Counted from the first letter of the stretch, positions 9,805-19,354 are shown. The stretch: DNA of 64,000 bases from Candidatus Magasanikiibacteriota bacterium (GCA_041674805.1 JBAYVA010000001.1:198612-262611); one strand, 5' to 3'. Notes: a model not told the origin generated them from the sequence alone. Translations and numbers: made by a program.

Positions 9805-10572
9805 ATGGAAGAACAAAACACACAAAAAGGCATCTTTGATGTAATGACTCCACAACAAACATTTGTTTTTGGTTTGGTCGGAGGAGTATTAGTACTTTGT
9901 ACTTTGGGATTTTTTATTTTGCTTGGCATTATGCTAAAAGGCGGGGATAGTTTGCCAAAAAATAACAATGTAAATACAGGTAATAATGTAGTAGAAAATA
10001 ACAATTTACCACAACCTAGTGCAGAAATAGTGATCAAAGATGTAGATACAAAAAAAGATCATATTCGTGGCAATAAAAATGCCAAAATAACTATCGTAGA
10101 ATTTTCTGATACAGAATGTCCATTTTGTAAAAGATTTCATGAAACTATGAAACAAATCATTGACAAATATGGTGATGATGTTAGATGGGTATATCGTCAA
10201 ATGCCTCTTGATGGTTTGCATAAAAAAGCTCGTACAGAAGCACTTGCTACAGAATGTGCGGCTGACCAAGGTAAATTTTGGGAATATATTGATTTGATTT
10301 ATGGAAGAACTACATCAAACGATGGTTTGGATTCAGCTCAATTACCACTTTTTGCCAAAGAAGTTGGTATCAATGTAAACAAATTTCAAACTTGTTTAGA
10401 CAACAAACAATTTGCTAGTGAAGTACAAGCAGATGAAGCTGATGGACAAGCTGCTGGTGGTCAAGGTACTCCATACTCAGTACTTATCGGACCAAATGGT
10501 GAAAAATCTGCTATCAACGGAGCTTATCCTTATGAACAAGTAGAACAAATGATTCAACAATACTTAAAATAA
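9805..10572 (+). CDS. Membrane-anchored DsbA/BdbD-family thiol-disulfide oxidoreductase
   Basis: N-terminal TM helix, EFSDTECPFC, cis-Pro loop GTP; ATG at 9805. Confidence 0.88.
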   Translation: MEEQNTQKGIFDVMTPQQTFVFGLVGGVLVLCTLGFFILLGIMLKGGDSLPKNNNVNTGNNVVENNNLPQPSAEIVIKDVDTKKDHIRGNKNAKITIVEFSDTECPFCKRFHETMKQIIDKYGDDVRWVYRQMPLDGLHKKARTEALATECAADQGKFWEYIDLIYGRTTSNDGLDSAQLPLFAKEVGINVNKFQTCLDNKQFASEVQADEADGQAAGGQGTPYSVLIGPNGEKSAINGAYPYEQVEQMIQQYLK

Positions 10573-10615
10573 GCAATTTAAGCAAAGTAAGCAGAATAGG
10601 CAGATTAAGTAGATT
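10572..10615. repeat. 9-bp-period tandem repeat (TAAGCAGAA family)
   Basis: aagcaattt aagcaaagt aagcagaat aggcagatt aagtagatt; related arrays at 11981-12035, 51847-51887 and 53478-53500. Confidence 0.8.
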
Positions 10616-10618
10616 TTA

Positions 10619-10650
10619 AAAAACGTTCTCAGAGTTGAGAACGTTTTTTT
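10619..10650. terminator. Bidirectional intrinsic terminator
   Basis: AAAACGTTCTCA-GAGT-TGAGAACGTTTT; near-identical hairpin at 52672-52700. Confidence 0.8.
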
Positions 10651-10665
10651 GTTTTTGAATTATTT

Positions 10666-11310
10666 TTAATCTTTCATGAGAAAATTCATGGCTTGGTAGC
10701 CTTTGCCATACATATCTTTTTCAAAATTTTCTAAAAATTCATCCATAACTTTTTTCGTTTCGATATTTTCTATTCTTTCTGTAAGTTTGTAAATATGATT
10801 AGAGACAAAAGTTTTGCGCCAATCAAAGTTTTCGTGTTCGTATTTAGTATTATAATTTATATGTTCTAAATAAAATTGATGATCAATTTGGTCAATTATT
10901 TTACAAACTATTGCCTCATCATTTGCTTTTGTATTCATCTCCACAAATATTTCTTTTAGATCGTTGTCATCATCCAGGTATGAAGTTATAAGTTCAATCG
11001 CTCTTTCACCTATTTTATCTTTATGTTCTTTTAAATCAGAATATTTTCTATTTAATGGAGCGGACACATCACCTCCGAATAGTTCACCTAGATCGTGAGT
11101 TAGTAGCATTTTTAGAAGTTTATTTGAATCAAAATTTTGATTAACTTTCTTTATTTTTCCTCCTAAAATCATCGCCATCATTCCACAAGTATAGTGGTGT
11201 TCAGCCAAACTTGGTAATTCGTATGATTTTATACCACCAGGCGTAAAACCAGTTAGCAGTTGTTCTTTGGTAAGTTGTAAGATAGAGAATAATTGTAAAA
11301 TTTTTTGCAT
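10666..11310 (-). CDS. HD-domain phosphohydrolase (YfbR/5'-deoxynucleotidase-like)
   Basis: SLAEHH...LLTHDLGELFGGD...KIIDQID motifs. Confidence 0.78.
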   Translation of the reverse strand: MQKILQLFSILQLTKEQLLTGFTPGGIKSYELPSLAEHHYTCGMMAMILGGKIKKVNQNFDSNKLLKMLLTHDLGELFGGDVSAPLNRKYSDLKEHKDKIGERAIELITSYLDDDNDLKEIFVEMNTKANDEAIVCKIIDQIDHQFYLEHINYNTKYEHENFDWRKTFVSNHIYKLTERIENIETKKVMDEFLENFEKDMYGKGYQAMNFLMKD

Positions 11311-11322
11311 AAAATATTTTTT

Positions 11323-11952
11323 TTATTTTTCAAAAGGATTCAAATTTTGTTTTAAAATATTTTCAATTGGTTTGAAAAGTGGAGTTGGTAATTCTTCCCA
11401 AGTCAACCAAGACCATTCTAACCATTTATTTGGCTCTTTTACTTTTTCTTGTCCAGAAAGATAATTAGCTAAAAGAAAAATAGTGATATAATGTTGGTTG
11501 TCTTTTTCCATTATGTCATTTGTTGTTGCAAAAAATCGTATATTATTAATTTCAATATCGGTTTCTTCTTTGGTTTCTCTTTTGGCGCATTCTTCCCAGC
11601 TTTCTCCAAATTCTAAATGTCCACCAGGAAAACTATGGGTATTTGTTCCAAGTTTGCTTATTCGTTTTCCTATTAAAACTTTGTTATCTTTCATTATAAT
11701 TACACCAATACCTACTTTTGGTCTTTCTGTTTTTTCTTTTATAAATTCAAAACGTGGCATTTTCTTACCTTCCCATTCTACTTCTTCCAAAAAGTTTGAA
11801 ATAGGTCTAACCCAATAGTCACAAAAATTTTGTTCATAAAGCGGTTTGTAAAGTACTAGGTCTTCCAGAGTAGATTCATATTTGGCAATGCCCATTACTT
11901 CGTATTCGTGGCCTTTGTAGTGGCGATAAATTCCTTTTTTGATTTCTGGCAT
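11323..11952 (-). CDS. DUF1653-NUDIX (NUDT15/MutT-like) fusion
   Basis: N-terminal GIYRHYKG..Y.V...WVRP..F (DUF1653); Nudix box GGHLEFGESWEECAKRETKEETD. Confidence 0.85.
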   Translation of the reverse strand: MPEIKKGIYRHYKGHEYEVMGIAKYESTLEDLVLYKPLYEQNFCDYWVRPISNFLEEVEWEGKKMPRFEFIKEKTERPKVGIGVIIMKDNKVLIGKRISKLGTNTHSFPGGHLEFGESWEECAKRETKEETDIEINNIRFFATTNDIMEKDNQHYITIFLLANYLSGQEKVKEPNKWLEWSWLTWEELPTPLFKPIENILKQNLNPFEK

Positions 11953-12205
11953 AGTTATATTATTATAGATGATTTAATCATAGCAAAAATAGGCAGAATA
12001 AGCAAAGTAAGCAGAGTAGGCAGAATAAGTAAATTTTATTTGAATATTTGGATAATTTATCTAAACAAAGCTATTTTTAAGATATGAACAATTGAATGTT
12101 TGAAAGAAAATAGCTATAATATACGTATTAATTGATGACTACGTGGATAACTGTTGTTTTTTACTAATGTGATTTGTAATAAATAGCGTAGTAATTCTAT
12201 AAATT

Positions 12206-12778
12206 ATGATGATTTTTGATGATTCTTTTTACGAAAAAACTGATAATGAATTAGTAGCCTTAAGTCTGCAAAATCAAGAATATTTTGTACATTTGGTACG
12301 TAGATACGAAAGAAAATTATTGTCTTATATCATACGTATTTCAGGTATAAAATATGAAGATGCCGAAGATGTTTTGCAAGATGCTTTTGTCAGTATGTTT
12401 TTGAAGTTGAACAGTTTTGATCCCAAAATGAAATTTTCTTCTTGGGCTTATCGTATAGTACACAATCAGACTATTACAGATTTTCGTAAAAGAAAAGTAA
12501 GGCCAGTGCAATATTTTGAAGAGAGTGATCTGATAAAATTGGTAGATAGCATGGAGACGGACAATCATTTTGACAAAAAGTTGTTGAAAGAAGAGATTAC
12601 TACTATTTTGGATAAGATGGATGAAAAATATAGGGAAGTATTGGTCTTAAAATTTTTGGAAGAAAAAGATTATAATGAAATATCAGATATCTTGAAAAAA
12701 CCAGTAGGAACGGTTGGGACTTTGTTAAATAGAGCTAAGAAAAAATTTCGTTCAATATATGAAAAAATAAATAAATAA
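12206..12778 (+). CDS. ECF RNA polymerase sigma factor
   Basis: DAEDVLQDAF, KFSSWAYRIVHN, region 4 YNEISDILKKPVGTVGTLLNRAKK. Confidence 0.9.
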   Translation: MMIFDDSFYEKTDNELVALSLQNQEYFVHLVRRYERKLLSYIIRISGIKYEDAEDVLQDAFVSMFLKLNSFDPKMKFSSWAYRIVHNQTITDFRKRKVRPVQYFEESDLIKLVDSMETDNHFDKKLLKEEITTILDKMDEKYREVLVLKFLEEKDYNEISDILKKPVGTVGTLLNRAKKKFRSIYEKINK

Positions 12779-12779
12779 T

Positions 12780-13574
12780 ATGACAGATTTAGCAAAAAAA
12801 ATATTAGAGACAATCAAAGAAAAAAAATTGAAGCCAGATGCTAGAATCAAATTTTTGATAATTAGTTATTTTTGGGCATTTTTGGCTTTTTTGATGGTTG
12901 TTTTTGGTTCTTTGGCTGTTTCAGTAATGATTTTTTATTTGAAAAATGAAGATTGGGAAATGTATAGTAAAGCCGGTTTTTCCAAATTGAATATGATACT
13001 TTTGTCTGTTCCTTATTTTTGGATTATTTTGTCAGCTTTGTTTATTCTTGGAGCTTATTACAATTTTCGTCATACTAAATTTGGTTATCGTTATAGATTT
13101 TCAATTGTTGTAGCTATTTATTTTGTCTTTACTTTGTTAGTTGGTTCTTTGTCTTATTCTTTGGGAGTAGGTGAAAAAATGGAAGGAATGTTTTACAACA
13201 ATAATTTGGTTTTTTATGGCAAAATGTTGGATAAAAGACAAGAAATGTGGCACAAACCAGATATGGGATTTGTCATTGGCGAGGTAATTTCTATGGATTT
13301 GAGAAAAAATCAAATAAAATTAATTGATCCTGAAAATAATGAATGGATTGTAGATATTTCCAAAGCAATTTTACCTCCATTTTTGTCGCTTGATATGCCA
13401 CACAAAATAAGAGTAATAGGAAAAATTATTTCTAATAACGAAATAAAGGCTGAAATAATTAAACCATTTTTTATTGAACCAGATAGGGATTGTCTCAATG
13501 ATCCTCGAGGATGTAATTTGATTCATCGACCAATGATGAAAGAAAACATGATTAGATTGCGTATTATTAATTGA
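12780..13574 (+). CDS. Membrane protein, probable anti-sigma partner
   Basis: Starts 1 nt after the ECF sigma stop; three TM segments and a C-terminal OB-like soluble domain. Confidence 0.6.
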   Translation: MTDLAKKILETIKEKKLKPDARIKFLIISYFWAFLAFLMVVFGSLAVSVMIFYLKNEDWEMYSKAGFSKLNMILLSVPYFWIILSALFILGAYYNFRHTKFGYRYRFSIVVAIYFVFTLLVGSLSYSLGVGEKMEGMFYNNNLVFYGKMLDKRQEMWHKPDMGFVIGEVISMDLRKNQIKLIDPENNEWIVDISKAILPPFLSLDMPHKIRVIGKIISNNEIKAEIIKPFFIEPDRDCLNDPRGCNLIHRPMMKENMIRLRIIN

Positions 13575-13624
13575 TAGTGAGCTCACACAATTTTAATCTA
13601 TTTTAATCGAGATAATAAAAATAT

Positions 13625-14271
13625 ATGAAAAAAACGACTTTAGGTATCTTTGGTATTTCGGCATTAGGATTAGCTTTGGCTAGTACAGGTATTGCTCAAG
13701 CAGCTAATAATAATTCTAGTCAAAACACAAGCATGACTAGAAAAAATTTTGATGGAAATCGTTATAATCAAATGCAACAAATTTTTGAAGCTACTGATTA
13801 TAATTCTTGGAAAAAACTAGTTTCTCAAGATGAAAGAGCTAGCAGAATTTTGGAAGTTATCAATGAAAGTAATTTTCCAAAATTATTGGAAATGCACAAA
13901 TTGATGCAAGCGGGTGACAAAGATAGTGCTAACGCTATTCGTGAAGAATTAGGTCTAAAACAAAATGGCAAAATGGGTAGAGGCCCTTTTGATAAAGAAT
14001 CCTATGAAATTACAAAAACAGCAATAGAAGATTCAGATTATGCTGCTTGGAAAATAGCTGTTGCTCAAATGCCAAATGCAGAAAATATGCTAGCCCCAAA
14101 ATAACTGAAAATAATTTTTCTAAACTTGTAGAGATGCATAATCTTATGCAAGCAGGGGATAGAGAAGCTGCTGAGACTATTCGTGAAGATCTTGGATTAG
14201 AAAAATTTGGTATGGGCAAAGGCGGTATGATGAGAGGTGGTAGAAACTTTGAAAAAAATACTGCTAAATAA
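13625..14271 (+). pseudogene. Secreted repeat protein interrupted by a frameshift near 14095-14101
   Basis: Signal peptide; repeat 1 (INESNFPKLLEMHKLMQAGDKDSANAIREELGL) is in ORF 13625..14104, while the matching part of repeat 2 (ITENNFSKLVEMHNLMQAGDREAAETIREDLGL) continues in the -1 frame to 14271. Confidence 0.75.
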
Positions 14272-14399
14272 CAAAATTAGAAACCTTTTTATTCATTTTT
14301 CACTTTTAGAGTGAAAAAGCAATTAAAAACACGCTGACCAAACATTAGCGTGTTTTGCTTTTTTGTGATAAAATATTTGTATAAATTATTAATTTTTTT

Positions 14400-14846
14400 A
14401 TGGAAAATCAAAATCAAATAGCTAATATAAAAAAAATGTCTTGGATTTTTTGGTTTAGTTTTTTAGCTGCTATTTTTATTTATACTTATATTGTCTATAC
14501 ATTGAGTAATGTTCCAAGTCAAGACTTGTCGCCTGTGAGTTCTACAATGAAAAATGTTTTTTATGTTTTGTCTATTATTTCTGCGATAATTTCTTTATTT
14601 GTGGTAGATCGTGTTTTCAAAAGTAAATTTGATAAACAAAATCAAACAACTCAAATTGACAAATATGAAGCTTTGAAACTTTATTATACTTATTTTATTA
14701 TCAAATTAGCTTTTGCTGAAAGTATAGTCGTTTTTGGATTGGTTTTGTCTTTTATGGGTAGTGAAAAGATGAGTATATTTCTTCCTTTTGCTATTTTTTC
14801 TTCTTTGGTTTTGCTTTTCAACAGACCAAAAGAAACTAATATTTAA
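14400..14846 (+). CDS. Hypothetical membrane protein
   Basis: Four hydrophobic segments; AFAES..VFGL motif. Confidence 0.7.
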   Translation: MENQNQIANIKKMSWIFWFSFLAAIFIYTYIVYTLSNVPSQDLSPVSSTMKNVFYVLSIISAIISLFVVDRVFKSKFDKQNQTTQIDKYEALKLYYTYFIIKLAFAESIVVFGLVLSFMGSEKMSIFLPFAIFSSLVLLFNRPKETNI

Positions 14847-14855
14847 GTTTTTATT

Positions 14856-15593
14856 ATGAACAAAAAAAATATCTTAATTTTGGTTTCGTCAATTTTATTG
14901 GTAGCAATTGCGTTGTTTGCTTATATGTTTTTGAACAAACAAAAACCTATTGAAGAAGTAGTACAGTTTGAAGAAATTCTCTTGGTAGATGATAAGGGAT
15001 ATTCAAATATAAATACTTTAAATTTAGATAAAAATTTGGAAAAAACTAAGATAGTAGAGTTGTCTAAAGTAGAAATAGATGATTTGTCTTTTATGAGAGA
15101 AGAAGAAAAGATGGCTCATGATATTTACAAAGTTTTGTTTGATAATTTTGGACAAATTGTTTTTGAAAATATTTATAAAAGTGAACAAACACATACTGAA
15201 GCTATCAAAAAACTTTTGGACAAATATGAATTGGGAGATATTGTGAGAGACAACAACGTAGGTTCTTTTGAAAATGCTGAATTAAAAAAGATGTATATAG
15301 AATTGTTGGAAAAAGGCACAAAGACAATAAAAACTTCTTTTGAAGTGGGTGCTATGGTAGAAGAAATAGATATTTTGGATTTGCAAGAAAAAATAAAAAA
15401 TACAGATAAACAAGATATTATTTTTGTTTACGAAAATTTGATGAAAGGATCTCGCAATCATTTGCGTGCTTTTGTTAAAAATTATGAAAATTTAACTGGT
15501 CAAAAATATGTACCGCAATATTTATCACAAGCAGAGTATGATAATATTTTGAGTATGCAAGTAGAAAGAGGCAATAATAAAAACAATAAATAA
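14856..15593 (+). CDS. DUF2202 ferritin-like domain protein, membrane anchored
   Basis: MREEEKMAHDIY, SEQTH, VEEIDILDL and GSRNHLRAF motifs. Confidence 0.85.
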   Translation: MNKKNILILVSSILLVAIALFAYMFLNKQKPIEEVVQFEEILLVDDKGYSNINTLNLDKNLEKTKIVELSKVEIDDLSFMREEEKMAHDIYKVLFDNFGQIVFENIYKSEQTHTEAIKKLLDKYELGDIVRDNNVGSFENAELKKMYIELLEKGTKTIKTSFEVGAMVEEIDILDLQEKIKNTDKQDIIFVYENLMKGSRNHLRAFVKNYENLTGQKYVPQYLSQAEYDNILSMQVERGNNKNNK

Positions 15594-15595
15594 AA

Positions 15596-15630
15596 TAAAA
15601 AAGGCCACCGTGTTAGGTGGTCTTTTTTTG
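15596..15630. terminator. Bidirectional intrinsic terminator
   Basis: AAAAAGGCCACC-N7-GGTGGTCTTTTTTT between convergent genes. Confidence 0.75.
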
Positions 15631-15641
15631 TAGTTTTTATT

Positions 15642-16175
15642 TTAAGAAATTTTTTGAGTTTTTCTTATAGCAAAAATTTTTGATTGAAGCAATATTAATT
15701 CAGCTACTCCTACAAACATAGTTACATAAAACATATCAGCAATCAAACTGTTGCGGAAAAAAGGTAATGCCATATAATAACTTTGTATCAAGCCAGCAAA
15801 ATTGTGAGTATACATTGTACCAAAAGCCCAGACACTAAAATTGGTGATTAAGAAGAATAAAGCAGAACCAGCAATAGTAGCAAAAACTGTATTAGTGATA
15901 TTTTTGTGTTGTTTTAACCAAGTACCAAGTAGAGTAGCCAAGATAAAACTAGCATAAACACTAAACATGATTGGTAAAGAATAAAATCCCAAGAAAATAT
16001 CGCTTATAAGCATAGCTACAACGGGAATGATAACATTGAGCCTATGAGGTAAATAAAGCCCGGAAAAGAGAGCTAGAGCCATTATAGGAGCGAAATTAGC
16101 AGGGTGAGGGAGTAATCGTAGTACAAAGCCAACGATTATCATTGTAACTATTAGAATTAGGTGTTTTTTGTTCAT
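15642..16175 (-). CDS. DUF6580/BtuM-like solitary ECF S-component (putative cobalamin transporter)
   Basis: RLLPHPANFAPI, FFLITNF and YYMALPFFRN motifs; about six TMs; last gene downstream of a cobalamin riboswitch. Confidence 0.8.
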   Translation of the reverse strand: MNKKHLILIVTMIIVGFVLRLLPHPANFAPIMALALFSGLYLPHRLNVIIPVVAMLISDIFLGFYSLPIMFSVYASFILATLLGTWLKQHKNITNTVFATIAGSALFFLITNFSVWAFGTMYTHNFAGLIQSYYMALPFFRNSLIADMFYVTMFVGVAELILLQSKIFAIRKTQKIS

Positions 16176-16182
16176 AGGTGTT

Positions 16183-16227
16183 AAAGGCTTGAAATGCCTG
16201 AAAAGCTAGAAAGGCTCAAAAGGCTTT
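16183..16227. repeat. 9-bp-period tandem repeat (AAAGGCT family)
   Basis: aaaggcttg aaatgcctg aaaagctag aaaggctca aaaggcttt; reverse-oriented relative at about 59930-59970. Confidence 0.7.
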
Positions 16228-16259
16228 AATGTGTGAATATTATAGCAGTGTTTATTATA

Positions 16260-18470
16260 TTAGACAAATAATTTGAAGACAAGAAAAAGTCCATATAATA
16301 ATGCACCTAAACCTAGCGAAATTGCTATTTTTTTATTTGCTGGTAATTTTTCTTGTTCTGTAGTTTCAGATATATTTTCTGAAGAATTATCAACATCTTC
16401 AAAAATTTCTTCATCTTCAGTTTCTTCTACTGAATCTTGTTCTTCTACTATTTTTTCACCACGTGTTTCTTCTATTTTTGGATTATTATTTGAATTATTT
16501 TTTGGTTTAGAATTTGTTTTTGCTATATCTAATATATTTTCTTCTATAGTATAAAGCACTGGTAAAATTTCCATGTCTTGTTCATTTTCTGCTACTTCTA
16601 CTATTTCTTCGGTACTAGTTGGCATTTCTTCTTCTAAAACAATTTCAATTGTAGTTGTAGGGATTTGTAGAGTGGTGGTTGCTGTATTTGAATTTGAAAT
16701 ATTTTCATTTGAAATGTTTGTTTTAGAAAAATCTTTTAAAATTTCATTCCAATTTTTATTCAAATAAGCTGGGATAGCATAAGATGTAATCCAAACCCTG
16801 GTTTGTTCAGTATTCTCTTCTTTTGAGGATATTCCACCATCTGATTGTTGTGCTGATTTTAGATAATCACTAGGTGTAGTTCCATTTTTATTCCAATCAT
16901 TTTCATTTTCATCAAGTGCATCAATAGCTTGTAGTGCCCAAGTTGTAGAAAATAAATTTGAATTAAAACTAGAATTATTATCTTGTTTTGATTTTAAATA
17001 ATTTTTTGCAGACTCAATTGCTAATATCACATTTTCATTTGTAGTATTCAAAGATTTTAAAGCTTGGATAGCTGCTGCAGTCATATCTATATCACCAAAA
17101 TTACCTATTTTAGTATTTTGTTTAGAAAGTAAAAAATCAGTGCTTATTTTGATTATTTCATCTTCATAGTTATAACCAGCATTAACAAGAGTAATAATAC
17201 CAAATATATCATCATTATAAAGAGTATTTTCGCCTATTTGTTTTCCATCAAAACTCTCTATTATTTTTTGAATATAATTTATAGAAGATGAATTATATGG
17301 ATTTTTATCTAAAGACATTAAAGCCATGGCTCTACGTTCATAATCTGTTATTTCAGAATTATCTGAAAGGGGATTATTTATTAAATAATTTGCAATACTT
17401 TCTTTTTGTTGAGAATTATTTGAATAGCTACCATAAGCAATTGCTGCCCAATCAGTATATAATGTAGAATCAAAAAAATTTCCGTTTTCAATTTTTGAGT
17501 TTAGATATACAAAAGCATTATCTATAAAATTATTTGTTGTATTAGATGAAGAGGATCCATTACTTTCAGATGGAGTATTTGTTGTTATATCATTTTCTTC
17601 TTCAGTGTTGTTAGAATTTTCTACTGGATTTATAGTCATTATTTCACTAGTAATAAATCCATTTTTTTTGGCATAAATTGTATAAGGTGTGGTAGTTGTA
17701 ATAAATAATTCATAAATACCGTCTTCATCAAAAATTTCTTCACCATTTAAAAATAATGTGCTACTAGCTGAATTTGATAATATTTCGTTCCAATTTTCAT
17801 CGTAACCAGAAGATTCTTTGATATTTAAAGTAGTTGTTGAATTTACAAAAGGTGTAGTAGTAGAAGTTTCAATTTTTAATTGAGATAATCCGTAAAATAA
17901 ATAAATATTTTCTTGTTCTTCTAATATTTCTTGATTAAGACCTTTGGTACCTGGTACATAATAATTATTGTACCATAACCAATAATTAAAATCAGAACCA
18001 TCATAATTATTTATTTTATTTAAAAAAACTTGATCACTATACCAATTTCCTAAAATAGCCCAATCTTTTTCTTTAGATAATTGTTGAATTGCACACCAAG
18101 CATTCAAAGTATTCTCTGTTCCGTTTTCAGTATTTGGACAAGCTGTAACAATAAAATCATTACTATATAATTCTTGATCATAAGTTTGTATTTGAAGATG
18201 AATTGTTGTCGTTGGCAATGGTTCAATTACAATATCATTATTTGGAATTTCTTCTGGTGTAGGTTCTTCAGTACTAGCTACTAAATTATTATCAGTGCTT
18301 AAAATAGCATTCTCAACTATAATTTCATCTTTTGTTTCTGTACTTTCTAAAATAAGAGGAACTTCTTCGGGATTTTCTCCCTCAGCATAAGCAAAATTTG
18401 ATATAGTCAAATTGCCAAATAAACTAAAGATTAAAACTAAATTTATTATTTTAAAATTTACTTTTTTCAT
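16260..18470 (-). CDS. Large surface protein with DUF4430-like domain, alpha/alpha-barrel (prenyltransferase/transcobalamin-like) domain and C-terminal TM anchor
   Basis: Signal peptide; FLNKIN...YWLWYNN; barrel repeats YLKSKQDNNSSF, LLSKQNTKIGNFGDIDMTAAAIQAL, YLKSAQQSDGG; acidic linker; C-terminal TM. Confidence 0.72.
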   Translation of the reverse strand: MKKVNFKIINLVLIFSLFGNLTISNFAYAEGENPEEVPLILESTETKDEIIVENAILSTDNNLVASTEEPTPEEIPNNDIVIEPLPTTTIHLQIQTYDQELYSNDFIVTACPNTENGTENTLNAWCAIQQLSKEKDWAILGNWYSDQVFLNKINNYDGSDFNYWLWYNNYYVPGTKGLNQEILEEQENIYLFYGLSQLKIETSTTTPFVNSTTTLNIKESSGYDENWNEILSNSASSTLFLNGEEIFDEDGIYELFITTTTPYTIYAKKNGFITSEIMTINPVENSNNTEEENDITTNTPSESNGSSSSNTTNNFIDNAFVYLNSKIENGNFFDSTLYTDWAAIAYGSYSNNSQQKESIANYLINNPLSDNSEITDYERRAMALMSLDKNPYNSSSINYIQKIIESFDGKQIGENTLYNDDIFGIITLVNAGYNYEDEIIKISTDFLLSKQNTKIGNFGDIDMTAAAIQALKSLNTTNENVILAIESAKNYLKSKQDNNSSFNSNLFSTTWALQAIDALDENENDWNKNGTTPSDYLKSAQQSDGGISSKEENTEQTRVWITSYAIPAYLNKNWNEILKDFSKTNISNENISNSNTATTTLQIPTTTIEIVLEEEMPTSTEEIVEVAENEQDMEILPVLYTIEENILDIAKTNSKPKNNSNNNPKIEETRGEKIVEEQDSVEETEDEEIFEDVDNSSENISETTEQEKLPANKKIAISLGLGALLYGLFLVFKLFV

Positions 18471-19050
18471 ATTTCCATTCTATATTATCCCCCGAATTAA
18501 CTTTTTGATAACTAATACCTATATTGGCACTTTTGCCATTTAGGTAGTAAATCCAATATAGTCCTTTTTCATTATCATTTTTTAAATTATTTATTTCTGT
18601 TACAAATTTTCCCATGCTACCGTAATCTTTTGTTTGAAAAATAAATTCAGATTTATTTTCATTTTGCAATTGTTGCATGAGTTTTTCTAGAATAATATTT
18701 TCTTCAGAAAAATTTATACGATAATTTTTATCATTGACTTTGAAATCTGCAAAGTAGGGAAGTTCTAATACTATTTTTTCTGTTTCTTTTGTACTTGTTG
18801 AGGTATTTGTTGCTACTATTTTTTCATTATTTTTTTTAATAGTAGGACTTGTTTTATTGATAGTTACTTTTGATTTTTCAATAATTGTTTTTTTTTCTTC
18901 TGGTTTATTTTCTGTTTGTTCTATTTTTTCAGCTTGCAAAATTTCTTCATTTTTTTTCAAATTTGTTTCTGGACGAAGAAAGAAAATTAACGAAGAAAAA
19001 AGAAGGGCAAAAAATATCAGCAAATGATATTTCCAATTTATTTTTTTCAT
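18451..19050 (-). CDS. DUF4430 domain protein (transcobalamin C-terminal-like), N-terminally anchored
   Basis: YGSMGKFVTEINN...YWIYYLNGKSANIGISYQKVNSGDNIEWKY; overlaps the next gene by 20 nt. Confidence 0.85.
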   Translation of the reverse strand: MKKINWKYHLLIFFALLFSSLIFFLRPETNLKKNEEILQAEKIEQTENKPEEKKTIIEKSKVTINKTSPTIKKNNEKIVATNTSTSTKETEKIVLELPYFADFKVNDKNYRINFSEENIILEKLMQQLQNENKSEFIFQTKDYGSMGKFVTEINNLKNDNEKGLYWIYYLNGKSANIGISYQKVNSGDNIEWKYEKSKF

Positions 19051-19076
19051 AAAAAAAATCTGCTTAAGTGAGCAGA
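19051..19076 (-). terminator. Riboswitch expression-platform terminator
   Basis: Minus strand TCTGCT-CACTTA-AGCAGA-T8 directly before the ATG; upstream GAGCAGGAA (19122-19130) can pair with TTTCTGCTC as an antiterminator. Confidence 0.65.
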
Positions 19077-19134
19077 AAGATGTAAAAATATTTCTTATTG
19101 TGATAAAAAATAAGAATTTTTTTCCTGCTCGGGA

Positions 19135-19230
19135 TAAATTATACTTGAAGACCGGACTTAACTTTTGTAAAAGTTTTACCGTTGCGGCACAGTGGAGGAA
19201 TTTGACCTCACTTCCAACAAATATAAATTA
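19135..19230 (-). ncRNA. Cobalamin riboswitch (short class-II/AdoCbl-variant type)
   Basis: Minus strand GGAAGTGAGGTCAAATTCCTCCACTGTGCCGCAACGGTAA...AAGTCCGGTC, matching the cobalamin core (T-loop hairpin, GCAACGGTAA, AAGTCCG); closing stem TTATATTTG/CAAGTATAA; precedes B12-type uptake genes. Confidence 0.85.
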
Positions 19231-19354
19231 ATTTGTAATATTGTTATATTAACGTCAAAAAAAAATTGTGTCAAATTAAGAGTGTTGACAATTATTTGAC
19301 AATTCAATTTTTAGCTTGTTATAATGACTGAAATTATACTTAATCTACATAAAT

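Noticed and set aside
10572-12035. CRISPR array from the TAAGCAGAA repeats
   Set aside because: Units are 9 bp, degenerate and contiguous with no spacers; no cas genes in the window.
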